Shown: piece after piece, positions 8,839 to 18,798 of the stretch | Numbering within the stretch: position 1 is the first letter of the stretch | Layout of the letters: every line of letters starts with the position of its first letter | Source: Deltaproteobacteria bacterium | Lineage (GTDB): Bacteria > Myxococcota_A > Polyangia > Nannocystales > Nannocystaceae | Direction of reading: 5' to 3' | Length of the DNA stretch: 64,000 nucleotides | Assembly: GCA_016709225.1 (NCBI GenBank) | Contig: JADJEE010000012.1 | Coordinates: 2,243,630 to 2,307,629 of the forward strand | The notes under the pieces: model-generated | Told to the model about the DNA's origin: nothing | Database searches by the model: none | What the model saw: the letters and a program-made list of their open reading frames with translations, nothing else | Made by a program: the position numbers and the translations under genes

Positions 8839-9864
8839 TCAGCCGGCGGGACAGCTCGGCGCACGCAGAACTTCGACGGCTGCGGTGGCGCGATCGATGA
8901 CAGCGAGGCTGCCGGTCGGCGCGTCCAGCCGAACGACGACGATCGACCCCTCCGGCTGCCAGCCGACCAGCGATGCGTGCCGCTCGCGGGGCGAATCGAA
9001 CCACAGAGCGTCGAGCGAGTAGCGGGCGATCTCCGTGCCCGTCGACACGTCGAGCACGAGCAAGGTGTCGAGGCGATCGACCAGGAAAGCCCAGTGATCG
9101 CCGCCGAGCCACGCAGGCTCCGTCGCAATTCCACCTCGAGGCTCGTCGATGACGCTCGTGAGCCGGTTGCCGTGTCGGTCGTAGAGCCAGCTCCGCACGC
9201 CGGGCTCGTCGCAGCCCTCGAGCAACACGTACAACGTATCGCCCAGCCAAACGTGGCTCGCGCAGCGCAACTGCGGGTCGTCGAGCTCGAATGCGGCGAC
9301 TCGTCGGTGATCCCGGTACGCCCAGATCTCCGCGCTCGCGGGGCCGCTCTCGAAGGTGTTGGTGACGGCGAGAACGCTGCGTTGCGCGGTGCTGGTGACG
9401 TGGCGGTCGAGCACGCCACTGCGCGGAACGCCGACGCGCAGCACGAAGCCCAAGTCGTTGGAGACCACGCCATCGAGGTCGATGCGGTCGATCCACTCTT
9501 GCGGTGTCGCGGGGCGGACGGTGGCGAACGCCGCTTCTGGCACGCGCGCGTCGGTACGCTGGTACTGCTTGTCGGCGAGGTCGACGAGTACGAGCACGGG
9601 CGAGATGCCGTAGTTGAACTCCAGCCCGAGCTGCCCGTCGACGATTCTCCCCATTGCGACGGACTGCGCCTCGGGAACACAGTCGCCGCTCGCCGCTTCG
9701 GACCTCGCGGACGCGGAAGACCGCGGGGCGACGGGCTCCCCGGGGCGCACCGGTGCGACGTCGACGGGAGAGGCCCTGCGCTCGGTGCTTCCAACTCGAC
9801 AGCCCGCGCCGACCAAGAGCGCGATCGACAACGCCGCCCTGAGTGTCCGAGAACGCAGGTGCAT
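8839..9864 (-). CDS. Secreted lipoprotein, hypothetical
   Basis: Signal with lipobox (ALSIALLVGAGC) from ATG 9864. Protein-like composition. No family recognised. Confidence 0.5.
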   Translation of the reverse strand: MHLRSRTLRAALSIALLVGAGCRVGSTERRASPVDVAPVRPGEPVAPRSSASARSEAASGDCVPEAQSVAMGRIVDGQLGLEFNYGISPVLVLVDLADKQYQRTDARVPEAAFATVRPATPQEWIDRIDLDGVVSNDLGFVLRVGVPRSGVLDRHVTSTAQRSVLAVTNTFESGPASAEIWAYRDHRRVAAFELDDPQLRCASHVWLGDTLYVLLEGCDEPGVRSWLYDRHGNRLTSVIDEPRGGIATEPAWLGGDHWAFLVDRLDTLLVLDVSTGTEIARYSLDALWFDSPRERHASLVGWQPEGSIVVVRLDAPTGSLAVIDRATAAVEVLRAPSCPAG

Positions 9865-10148
9865 CCACGCCGCAACGTCCCGGCTCATCGCCGGCGAGCG
9901 TAGCCGTCTTGCTCCGCGGGTTCCACCGACGCCAGGGAAGCCGGATCGGCTCATTGCGGGTACCCGGCGCTCAGAGTCTGCATGTCGTGCCAGACCCGCG
10001 ACGCGAAGCGGAGCTCACGGGATGTGCGGCACCGTGAAGCATGTCCCGAATCCCGCACGGCGTGCTGGCCTCAGGTCTGACATGAGGACGAACGCGCCCG
10101 CGCCTGGGGTGGTGTCGGCGAGCACGCACTCGGATACGCTGCGGCCCC

Positions 10149-11048
10149 ATGATTCGCACGGGTTCTCCGGGCTGGCTTGCGTCGGTGACATTCGGCGCGC
10201 TCGCATGCGCTGCTCGTCCAGCCGGCATCCCCAACGGTGCGCCGCACCTCGCACGCTCGAATGCGGGCTTCGACGCCGAGCAGCAGTTGAACCGGGCCCG
10301 AGGTCCGCTCGAGCTCCAGGCACCACCCCAGGGCTGGTGGGAAGCCGAGCACGCGTGCCCCGCGGGCACGACGTTGCTCGTACAGGGGAGCGACTACGAT
10401 CCGGCGCACCCCGAGACCGCAAGCGACTTACCGCGCATCGGGTGTGTGCGGCCGGATGGCACACAACACGGGCCATCGACGATCTTCGCTCGCAACGGTG
10501 TCGCGATCCAGCAGGGCCACTACCGCAACGGGCGCCAGCACGGCACGTGGGAGGAGCACAGCGCCACGGAGCCCGACGACGGCGGACGCGAGTACTGGGA
10601 TGACGGAGTCGGGATCGGAACGTGGTCGAGCACGTTCGGCGGCAGAGAGCGGTTGCTCGAGCATCGCGGACCCGGCGAGATCCATCGAACGATCCGTGAA
10701 GAAGGCGCCGTCGTCGAGCAGGGCCTGCTGGTCGATGGCCTGCGTCAGGGCCCGTGGACGATCACCACCGATGGTGTCACGCGCGAGGTCGAGTTCGTCG
10801 ATGGACGGGCAGCCGGCGCATCCGCGTTGATCGCCGTGCAAGCATGCGACGACTTTCTCCGCCGCATCTCCGTTTGCTTGGAGAGCAAGTCGGGCGCCGA
10901 GCGCTACGAGCTATCCTCGCTCCTCATCTTGCTCGTCGACCTCTGGGAAGACTTCGGCCTCGAGGTCTCTCCAGGAAGGAGCGAGCCGCTGTGTGTCGTC
11001 AACGTGCGCAACACGCAGGACACACTCGCGGCGCACGGCTGCGAGTGA
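10149..11048 (+). CDS. MORN-repeat (YwqK-like) secreted protein
   Basis: Signal peptide. Repeated G..HG.W motifs (NGRQHGTWEEH, DGVGIGTWSST, DGLRQGPWTIT). Confidence 0.55.
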   Translation: MIRTGSPGWLASVTFGALACAARPAGIPNGAPHLARSNAGFDAEQQLNRARGPLELQAPPQGWWEAEHACPAGTTLLVQGSDYDPAHPETASDLPRIGCVRPDGTQHGPSTIFARNGVAIQQGHYRNGRQHGTWEEHSATEPDDGGREYWDDGVGIGTWSSTFGGRERLLEHRGPGEIHRTIREEGAVVEQGLLVDGLRQGPWTITTDGVTREVEFVDGRAAGASALIAVQACDDFLRRISVCLESKSGAERYELSSLLILLVDLWEDFGLEVSPGRSEPLCVVNVRNTQDTLAAHGCE

Positions 11049-11285
11049 CCGTCGTCGGTGACACGGGGAGCGAGTGCTGTCGTTCGGCGACACCCGCTCC
11101 CCATGTGCATCGTCACGCCCCCCTTGAACGCGAGCAACGGCCGCAGCCGTCGCACCGCGCGGGTCAGCTCCCGCTGCGCGCGCATCACCGCGCCGATGTC
11201 CTTGTACGCATCGGGGGCTTCCTCGACCAGCCGTGGCGCGACCCGGTGGTCGAACCACACGCCCTGCATCGATCGATGCAGCGAT

Positions 11286-12008
11286 CTAGCCGGCGATGAG
11301 CGCCATCATCTCGGGGTAGTGATACGTCGCGCTCGCGGCCGGATGGCGCTTGGCGGTGGCGACCATCGCCTTGGCGATCTGCTGCACCGTGATCGATTTG
11401 TACTTGGCCGGCGTCACGAACGAGAGCAGCGGCAGGGTCTTCTCGAGCAGCCACGGCGTGTGCTGCGAGCCGATGATCATGGCCGGCCGGAACACGCTGA
11501 CGATCGCAGGGCCACCGGCGCGCACCGCCTCCTCGGCCTCGCCCTTCACACGGCTGTAGCGCGCCATGCCGGCGGCACCGCTGCCGGTCGACTTGGCGGT
11601 GGGGTCGGCACCGGCGGCGCTCATGAATGCCAGGTGCTGCACCTTGCCGGAGTCGCGCAGCGCGCGGGCGAAGGCCTCGTTGAGCACGACATCGATCGCG
11701 CGGTGCTCGTCGAGGCTCAGCTTCGACGTGCCCGCACCGACGCCGAGCACACTGAACCCTTCGGCCTCGCCATCGATCACCTTCAACGCGTCCAGCGTTG
11801 CGGCCGCGAGCGACGCGGCGCTCATCTCCGGCACCAACACCTCGACCAGCCGTCGATCGCGGGCCTGTGCCATCGCGACGGCCTCGGGCAGCGATCGACG
11901 CGACAGCGTGATCACCGTGGCGAAGTCGTCGGCGAAGACCTCTTGCAAGAGCGCGGCGCCGACCGAGCCGGAGCCGCCCAAGACGATCGCTGTGCGTGGG
12001 CTGGGCAT
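11286..12008 (-). CDS. NAD(P)-binding Rossmann-fold oxidoreductase (HTATIP2/NmrA-like atypical SDR)
   Basis: N-terminal IVLGGSGSVGAALL Rossmann motif. 240 aa. Confidence 0.8.
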   Translation of the reverse strand: MPSPRTAIVLGGSGSVGAALLQEVFADDFATVITLSRRSLPEAVAMAQARDRRLVEVLVPEMSAASLAAATLDALKVIDGEAEGFSVLGVGAGTSKLSLDEHRAIDVVLNEAFARALRDSGKVQHLAFMSAAGADPTAKSTGSGAAGMARYSRVKGEAEEAVRAGGPAIVSVFRPAMIIGSQHTPWLLEKTLPLLSFVTPAKYKSITVQQIAKAMVATAKRHPAASATYHYPEMMALIAG

Positions 12009-12149
12009 CGCGTGGGGATGGTACGCCGGCTTGGCTGCGTCCGGGGCCGCCGGCCGACACTCGAAACGTCATCGGTCGGATCCCTCATCGGCCTGCGCCA
12101 GGGCTCATGGCAACCAGCGCTGGCATCTGCCGTGCGGCGCGCGATCGCT

Positions 12150-12581
12150 TCACCGCGGCCAGCCGACGAACCACGCCTCGCCGCTCACCCGCTCCCACGT
12201 GAGCGTGAAGCCGCCGGCGGTCACCTCCCACTCCGACCAGCCAGCGGTATGCATGCCGGCGAAGCGATAGCTCGTGACCGCGTCGGCACTGACTTGTCTG
12301 GCCTCGACGATCTCGCCGGACAGCGGCGCTGCGGCATCAGCATGCGCGACCCAGGCCTGCGCGGCATCGTCGAACAGGCGCGCGCGCTCGCCAGCGACGT
12401 CGCGCAGCAGCAGCACGCAAGGCTGCACGCACACCGCGGTCGGCTCGGGGTTGGCGGGGTGCTCGGCGCGCAGGTTGGCGTGGCCGAGTCGCAGCGAGAT
12501 GCCGTCGCGGGTGCGCTCGATCGCGAGGATCGGCGCGTCGTGCAGGTCGAGCAGGTCGAAGCGCTCGGACGTGGACGGCAT
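12150..12581 (-). CDS. Hypothetical protein
   Basis: ATG start, 143 aa, balanced composition. Divergent from 12613. Confidence 0.45.
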   Translation of the reverse strand: MPSTSERFDLLDLHDAPILAIERTRDGISLRLGHANLRAEHPANPEPTAVCVQPCVLLLRDVAGERARLFDDAAQAWVAHADAAAPLSGEIVEARQVSADAVTSYRFAGMHTAGWSEWEVTAGGFTLTWERVSGEAWFVGWPR

Positions 12582-12612
12582 CTCGTCGTGGCGATGCTAG
12601 CATCCCGCCGAC

Positions 12613-13242
12613 ATGGAACGCCCGTCGGACGACGCCGCACGCACGATGCTCGGACTCCCCATGGCCTACGTGCTGCCCGCGACCGACGTGATGATCTCGG
12701 AGGCGCGCCGCATCGTCGAGACCAACCTCGCGCTCGCGCGCGAGCTCGGCCCGCTCCAGCTGCCATCGCCGATCTGGGAGCGCAAGGGCAGCCGCGCGGG
12801 CGTACGCCTGGTGACGCTGCCCGCCGCGTTCGCGCAGCGCTACTTCACCGGGGGTGGCGCGCTCGTGCTCGGTAAGGATCGCGTGCGGACCTTGGTCGCC
12901 GAGCTCATGCCATGGATGGCCGAGGATCCCGCCGGTGCCGCGGTCGCACTCGAGGACACGCTCGAGGTGTGGACCACCGACGGCGCGCCGCTGCGCGAGC
13001 TCGAGTCGCCCTACGGCGGCCACTACAAGTTGTTGTCGCTGATGCTCGCCGACTTCGCGCGCAAGGCCGATGCCGGCCTCGACACCCTCGACTGGATCGC
13101 GTCGCTGGGGCTTCCGGTGGAGGAGTTCCGCGACGACGACGATCCCGACGCCGACGCGATCCTCGAGCGCATGGAGGCCCGCGTCGACGCGATGTGGGCC
13201 ACGGAGGACGCCTGGCTCGAGGCCGCCGCGCCGCGCCCCTAG
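12613..13242 (+). CDS. Hypothetical protein
   Basis: ATG start, 209 aa, acidic C-terminus. No family recognised. Confidence 0.5.
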   Translation: MERPSDDAARTMLGLPMAYVLPATDVMISEARRIVETNLALARELGPLQLPSPIWERKGSRAGVRLVTLPAAFAQRYFTGGGALVLGKDRVRTLVAELMPWMAEDPAGAAVALEDTLEVWTTDGAPLRELESPYGGHYKLLSLMLADFARKADAGLDTLDWIASLGLPVEEFRDDDDPDADAILERMEARVDAMWATEDAWLEAAAPRP

Positions 13243-13250
13243 AGCGTGCA

Positions 13251-13724
13251 TCACAGCGCGCGCACGTAGCCGCGGGTGCAGCGGGCACCGCGGATCTGCG
13301 CATCGTCGCGGACGAAGCCGTGTCGCTCGTAGAACGCGATCGCGGCCGCCATGCCCTCGATGGTGTCGAGCACGATGCGCTCGCCGCCGCGGGCCTTCAC
13401 CCACGCGACCGCCTCGTCGAGCAAGCGCTTGCCGACGCCCAGCCCGCGGGACGCGGCGCAGAGGTACATCTTGCGCAGCTCGAAGCTGCCCGGTGCGACC
13501 GGGAACACGCCGCAGGTGCCGACCAGCGTGCGTCGATCGCCCTCGACCTCGTGCGCCACCCAGAACGCACCCCCGTGATCGAGGTACGACGATGGCAGAC
13601 CACGCACCGCCTCGTCGGTCTCGCTACCGACGCCGAAATCGAGTCCGAACTCGGCGAGCACCGCGGTCACGTGCGCGACGACCTCGGGCACATCCGCGGC
13701 TTCGACCACCCGCACGACGATCAC
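13251..13724 (-). CDS. GNAT-family N-acetyltransferase
   Basis: Acetyl-CoA binding motif region (RGLGVGKRLL...A). 157 aa. GTG start. Confidence 0.8.
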   Translation of the reverse strand: MIVVRVVEAADVPEVVAHVTAVLAEFGLDFGVGSETDEAVRGLPSSYLDHGGAFWVAHEVEGDRRTLVGTCGVFPVAPGSFELRKMYLCAASRGLGVGKRLLDEAVAWVKARGGERIVLDTIEGMAAAIAFYERHGFVRDDAQIRGARCTRGYVRAL

Positions 13725-13769
13725 GGACGCGAAGGTAGCACGCCGCGACGCGGCCGCGCCTCCGCGAGC

Positions 13770-14858
13770 TCAGTTTGCCGGCGGCAGCGGCGTGCCGTCG
13801 TCCCACACGTTCGCGATCCACTGATTGCCCGGCCGCGTCTCGTCGAAGTCGGTGATCGGAAAGTAGTATCCACACTGCCCGCCGCGCCCGCGCTGGAACA
13901 CGTTCTCCTCGAACACGATGTTGTTGGCCTGGTCGCCGTAGGGCTTCGAGCCGTCGTCGCCGCTCGAGCCTCCGTACGCGCATGCACCCCCGGTGGTGGC
14001 CATGAACAAGTTGCGATGGATGGTGTTGTTCTGGATCGGCGCAAAGTCGCCGTAGCCCGTGAGATCGGCAGAGCAGCCGGCATCGGGCGGGAAGTCGGGC
14101 GCGTTGCAGAGGATCGAGTTGTGCTCGATCGTCGAGCCGTCGCCCATGCGCACCGCGGACTCGTGGGCGGTGCCGGTCGGATCGGGCGCCTGATCGTGGA
14201 TCCACGAGTCGGTCACGCTGCACGCGAATTCGCACCACACGCCCCGCTTGCCGCCGTAGACGTCGACGCGCGTGGCGGTGAAGTCGCTCTTGCCGATGCC
14301 GCTGTCGTCGTCGGTGCCCTGCACGGGGCCCGCGTCGATCTCGCTGTCGGAGATCGCGAAGGAGTAGCCCATGCCGGGCGCCTCCACCAACACGCTGCCG
14401 TTGATCTTGGTGCGCGTGATCCGAACGTCGGCCGCACGGATGACGAGGGGATCACACGTCACCGACTTCGCATCGATCTCGGTGCCGTTCTGCGTGATCG
14501 TGCATTCGCCGTCATAGTCGGTGAGCGTCGTGCCCGCGGGGATGCCCGTGCGCGTCGCATCGGGCCAGCATCCGCCGAACGGGTCGGGGCCTCCCGGCGT
14601 GTTGGCGGGTGCGTCGCACGGCAGCGAAGCTCCACCGCTGTCGCCGCTGCTGCCTTCACCACCCTCGCTGGCGTCGCCCGAGCTGCCCGCGCCGGTGCTC
14701 CCGCCCTCGCTCCCACCGCCGCCGGAGGTGCCGCCGCTGGTCGCGGTGACCACCGCGCCGCCGGTGGTGTCGGCCTCGGTGCCGGTCGCCGGCCCGCTCG
14801 ACGGGCAGCCGAGGATCAGCCATCCGAACCACACGGAGCGACGATGCACGTTCGACAC
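13770..14858 (-). CDS. Secreted lipoprotein, probable right-handed beta-helix protein
   Basis: Lipobox (LILGC). Gly/Ser/Thr linker. Repetitive N..I / asparagine-ladder-like segments (NNTIHRN, NNIVFEEN). Confidence 0.6.
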   Translation of the reverse strand: MSNVHRRSVWFGWLILGCPSSGPATGTEADTTGGAVVTATSGGTSGGGGSEGGSTGAGSSGDASEGGEGSSGDSGGASLPCDAPANTPGGPDPFGGCWPDATRTGIPAGTTLTDYDGECTITQNGTEIDAKSVTCDPLVIRAADVRITRTKINGSVLVEAPGMGYSFAISDSEIDAGPVQGTDDDSGIGKSDFTATRVDVYGGKRGVWCEFACSVTDSWIHDQAPDPTGTAHESAVRMGDGSTIEHNSILCNAPDFPPDAGCSADLTGYGDFAPIQNNTIHRNLFMATTGGACAYGGSSGDDGSKPYGDQANNIVFEENVFQRGRGGQCGYYFPITDFDETRPGNQWIANVWDDGTPLPPAN

Positions 14859-14951
14859 CTCAGCACGCTATCACCCGTCCGCACGCGCCGTCGAGGAATC
14901 CCGTGCCGGGGCGCGCCCTCGACTGCGGACGAATGCAATCTCGGTCCGCCG

Positions 14952-15953
14952 TCACTGCGTCCCGCGATGGCCCGCGTCGCCGCGAACGGCGACTTCGAGA
15001 TCCGGCAACCCATCGAGTGCGGCATCCACCGGGTCCGCCGCCACCGCCGACGGCGCGGGTGCGATGACCTTCAGCGCGCGTGGCAACGCCGTCAGCGTCA
15101 CCGGCGTCTCGCCGAAGGGCTCGCCGTCGAGCAGGATCTGCTGCCGTGGATCCGTGCGAATCGTGACGGTCGACGACGCGAGCGAGCCGACGTTGTCGCG
15201 GTTCGCGGGCTCCCCCTCGAGCGCGCTGCGGTAGAGGTGCCACGTCGTGGCAACCGCCTCGCTGATGCCCTCGGCGGCGACGATGGTCGTGTCGAGCAGG
15301 CCGTCGTCGGGCACGAGGTGAGACGGGCCCTGGGCCATCATGGCGCGCGGCGGCGCAATGTTGGCCACGCCGACGCCGATCGATCGACAGCGAATCTCGT
15401 GTGCGTCCGACGTGATTTCGACGGCGAACGACGCGAGGCTCGCGAGCTGACGCAGCGCCGAGCCCACGTACGCGAGCACGCCCCAGTGTTGCTTCGACTC
15501 GACCGTCGCGGACGCGATGGTGTCGGCGTGGATGCCGATCATGCAGTGCAAGATCATCGTGCGCTTGCCGGCCTCGGCCTCCGCCACGCCGACGTCGATC
15601 GTGCGCGTCGGGGCCGACTCGAGCAGCGCGATCGCCTCGTGGAGATCGCCCGGAATGCCGAGCGCGACCGAGAACGAGTTCGACGTGCCCATCGGCAGCA
15701 CGCCGAGCGCTGGTCCGTTCTCACCCAGGCCGAGCTCGAGCAGCGCAGCGGCCACCGCCGACACCGTGCCATCGCCGCCGGCCGCGACGATGCGATCGGG
15801 CTGCGATCGCAGGCAGTGCCGCGCGCGATCGACAGGGTCCTCGTCCTCGCCGAGCTCGCACACCGTCACGCCCTCGAGCTTGGCGCGCGCCTCGTCGAGC
15901 AGCTCTGCGGTCGCACGCGAAGCCCGCGGGTTCCACACCAAGATCGTCGTCAC
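14952..15953 (-). CDS. Diacylglycerol-kinase catalytic-domain lipid kinase (YegS/BmrU-like)
   Basis: DAGK_cat signature (IVAAGGDGT) and GTSNSF loop. GTG start. Confidence 0.8.
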   Translation of the reverse strand: MTTILVWNPRASRATAELLDEARAKLEGVTVCELGEDEDPVDRARHCLRSQPDRIVAAGGDGTVSAVAAALLELGLGENGPALGVLPMGTSNSFSVALGIPGDLHEAIALLESAPTRTIDVGVAEAEAGKRTMILHCMIGIHADTIASATVESKQHWGVLAYVGSALRQLASLASFAVEITSDAHEIRCRSIGVGVANIAPPRAMMAQGPSHLVPDDGLLDTTIVAAEGISEAVATTWHLYRSALEGEPANRDNVGSLASSTVTIRTDPRQQILLDGEPFGETPVTLTALPRALKVIAPAPSAVAADPVDAALDGLPDLEVAVRGDAGHRGTQ

Positions 15954-16081
15954 GCGGGCATGCTACCCGAGTCGACGACAAGCGCACGCAGGCGGCACGG
16001 CGCGCGAACCCGCCGGCGAGCGCGAGGCGTCGACGCCGTGACCGAGCCGACGACCAGACCGCGTGACCGAGCGCCCGCGTC

Positions 16082-17251
16082 TCACATGCAGCAGTAGGTG
16101 ATCGCGTCGGTCGGCGCCACGCCGCCGACGAGCGATCCGCCCGACGGGGTGCAGCTGGCGTCTGGCTCGGGATAGTAGGTCGCGTGGCTCGCCGCGGGCT
16201 GGACGGCACACGTGCCGGGCGAGGCGTCACCGAGGTAGATCACGCCGCAGCCTTGGTTGTTGAGCTCGACGTACCCGCCGCAGCTTCCGGTCGGCGTGCC
16301 GCAGCTGCACGCGGTGCAGTCGCGATCATCGTCGAGGTCGCCATACGTGATCACCTGCTGCGACCACGGCCCGGGCGGACATGCGGCCTCGCCGGCGGCC
16401 CAGATGCACATCTGATGAGCATCGGGCGTGCTCGGCAGACAGCCGCCGCCGTCGCAGCCCTCGGCAATCGCCGCGCTGCAGCTGCGAACGTCGCGGCCCC
16501 AGGTGGGCGCGGGGATCGACTCGGTCGCCTCGGGGTCACAGCTCGCGCCGCCGATCTGCAGGCTCGGCGTGCTGATCGCGTAGGTGCCGGCGGCGTTGCT
16601 GACGAACGTGCACACGTTGGGCTGGAGCACGTCCGCGAGGCCTTGGCTCGCGGTGCACATCGCGTTGGTCTGCTGCACGGTCACCGCGCCGCAGCTCACG
16701 CCCACCGCGTCACCGCACTCGCAGCCGCACGTGGCGTTGCCGGGCGAGAGCTCCGCGTGTTGATCGCCGTGCACGAGCTGCGGGAAGTCGGCGGGACACG
16801 GGTCGGCGTCGGCGCCCTCGTTGATCACCACCGGTCCCTGCCAGCCGCCGGGCACATCGGGCGCACACTGGCCGGCGCACACCGGACCGCCGCTGTCGCC
16901 CGAGGTGTTGCCGTCGTCGCCGGACGAGGTCGACGGGCCGGTCGCGGTCGGGTCGGTCTCCGAAGCGGTGCTCGAGCCTCCCGTCGACCCGTCGGTGTCG
17001 GACGAGGCTCCCGTCGGATCGCCGGACGAGGCTCCCGTCGGGTCGCCGGACGAGGCTCCCGTCGGATCGCTGGTCGCCGTGTTGCCGGTGCCGGCGGTCG
17101 ACGCCGTCGTCGATGCGGTCGTCGCCGAGCTCGAGGACTCGTCGCCCGAGGTCGGCGCGCCGACGGTGCTCTCGGCCGAGGTGCCGGTGGGATCGAAGCA
17201 GGCGGGAACGAGGGCGAGCAAGCCGGCACAGGCGATCGAGGCGCGTGACAT
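16082..17251 (-). CDS. Cys-rich secreted lipoprotein with a Thr/Ser linker and a tandem peptide repeat
   Basis: Lipobox (LLALVPAC). About 30 Cys in the C-terminal domain. Three copies of DPTGASSG. Confidence 0.6.
   Translation of the reverse strand: MSRASIACAGLLALVPACFDPTGTSAESTVGAPTSGDESSSSATTASTTASTAGTGNTATSDPTGASSGDPTGASSGDPTGASSDTDGSTGGSSTASETDPTATGPSTSSGDDGNTSGDSGGPVCAGQCAPDVPGGWQGPVVINEGADADPCPADFPQLVHGDQHAELSPGNATCGCECGDAVGVSCGAVTVQQTNAMCTASQGLADVLQPNVCTFVSNAAGTYAISTPSLQIGGASCDPEATESIPAPTWGRDVRSCSAAIAEGCDGGGCLPSTPDAHQMCIWAAGEAACPPGPWSQQVITYGDLDDDRDCTACSCGTPTGSCGGYVELNNQGCGVIYLGDASPGTCAVQPAASHATYYPEPDASCTPSGGSLVGGVAPTDAITYCCM
16997..17068. repeat. 3 x 24-nt perfect-to-near-perfect tandem repeat (encodes DPTGASSG x3)
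   Basis: Unit gccggacgaggctcccgtcggatc repeated three times on the plus strand, inside the linker of 16082-17251. Confidence 0.7.
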
Positions 17252-17342
17252 GCCCCCGAAGACCGCGGCCGCGGCGGTTCTGATCACACCGCGGGGTGGG
17301 TTTTCGGCTTGCCGAGCGAACGGCCACGCGGGCGGCCGCCGG

Positions 17343-18788
17343 TCAGCGATCCCCATCCGCGAGCGATTCGCCGCCACGCCCCATCGCGACGTCGGCGGCG
17401 GCACGAACCATCGAGGTTGCCGCCGCGGGCTCGGGCGCGTGCGGTGCCTCCGTATCCTCGGGCATGTGCGGCCCGTGACGCACCTTCTCGTTCACCACCA
17501 CCAGCCACAGGGCGAAGAGCGCCAGATAGATCACCGCGAACATCACCAGCGACACCATCACCTGGTCGGCATCCACGGCGACGGAGTTGGCATCGCGCGT
17601 CCGCAGCAGTCCGTACACCACCCACGGCTGGCGACCGACCTCGGCGGCGACCCAGCCGCCCTCGTTGGCGGCGTAAGGGCCGAGCACCGCGAGCACGAAG
17701 ATCCACAACAGCCACCGCTGCTGCCACAGCACACCGCGCCACCACAGCACGCACGCCAGCGACGTGAGGCCGATGAACGCGGTGCCGAGCATCGCCATGA
17801 CGTGGTACGCGAGAAACGGGATCACGACCGGCGGGCGCTCGTCCTCGGGCACGCGATCGAGCCCGGCGACCGGCGTGTCGAAATCCTCGTGGATGAGGAA
17901 GCTGAGCATGCCGGGGATCGCGATGCCACCGCGGACCCGCTGTGCGTCGACATCGGGCCAGCCGACGAGGTACATCGGCGCACCGCCTTCGCCGGTCACG
18001 AAGTGGCCCTCGAAGGCGGCGAGCTTCGCGGGCTGGTGGCGCGCGACCATGTTGGCCTGTGCGTGCCCGGACACCAGCTCGCCCCACGACGCCAGCGTGG
18101 CGATGACGAGCCCGATCGCGAAGCTGCGCCGGGCGAAGCCGACGTGGCGCCCCCGCAGCAGGTACCACGCGCTGATGCTCATCACGAAGAAGCCACCCAG
18201 GATGAACGCGCCCAGCAGCACGTGATTGAGCCGGTGCACGGTCGAGGGGTTGAAGACCATCGCCCAGAAGTCGGTCACCTCGACGCGCGCGGCGCCATCG
18301 TGCACCACGAGGCGGTGCCCGGCCGGCGTCTGCTGCCACGAGTTGGCGATGATGATCCACACCGCGGAGAACGTGCTGCCGAGGAACACCATCACGGTCG
18401 CGAAGAAGTGCATGCGCCGCGACACGCGGTCCCAGCCGAACACCAGCACCGCGAGGAAGCCCGACTCGAGGAAGAACGCGAAGATGCCCTCGGCCGCCAG
18501 CGCCGAGCCGAACACATCGCCGACGAAGCGCGAGTAGGTGGCCCAGTTGGTGCCGAACTGGAACTCCATCACGATGCCGCTGGCGACCCCGACCGCGAAA
18601 TTGACGGCGAAGATGCGGGTCCAGAAGCGAGCCATCGCCTCGTATGCGGCGTCGCCGGTGCGCAGCGCAAAGCCCTCGATCACGACCATCACCAGCCCCA
18701 AGCCGATCGAGAGCGGCGGGAACAGGTAGTGGAACATGATCGTGAACGCGAACTGGATCCGCGACAGCAGGACGACGTCGAGATCCAC
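17343..18788 (-). CDS. cydA: Cytochrome bd-type quinol oxidase subunit I
   Basis: N-terminus [23 protein letters not shown] matches the CydA consensus (E. coli MLDIVELSRLQF...). Q-loop and 9 TM helices. GTG start with GAGGTG 7 nt upstream. Confidence 0.85.
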   Translation of the reverse strand: MDLDVVLLSRIQFAFTIMFHYLFPPLSIGLGLVMVVIEGFALRTGDAAYEAMARFWTRIFAVNFAVGVASGIVMEFQFGTNWATYSRFVGDVFGSALAAEGIFAFFLESGFLAVLVFGWDRVSRRMHFFATVMVFLGSTFSAVWIIIANSWQQTPAGHRLVVHDGAARVEVTDFWAMVFNPSTVHRLNHVLLGAFILGGFFVMSISAWYLLRGRHVGFARRSFAIGLVIATLASWGELVSGHAQANMVARHQPAKLAAFEGHFVTGEGGAPMYLVGWPDVDAQRVRGGIAIPGMLSFLIHEDFDTPVAGLDRVPEDERPPVVIPFLAYHVMAMLGTAFIGLTSLACVLWWRGVLWQQRWLLWIFVLAVLGPYAANEGGWVAAEVGRQPWVVYGLLRTRDANSVAVDADQVMVSLVMFAVIYLALFALWLVVVNEKVRHGPHMPEDTEAPHAPEPAAATSMVRAAADVAMGRGGESLADGDR

Positions 18789-18798
18789 CGCGATCACC

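Noticed and set aside
11058-12875. 605-aa + strand ORF
   Set aside because: It overlaps the well-supported SDR gene and the 12150-12581 gene on the opposite strand. Arg/Gly-rich with no domain.
12912-16097. 1061-aa + strand ORF
   Set aside because: It spans three confidently called minus-strand genes (GNAT, beta-helix lipoprotein, DAGK-like kinase). It is a long-open GC-rich antisense frame.
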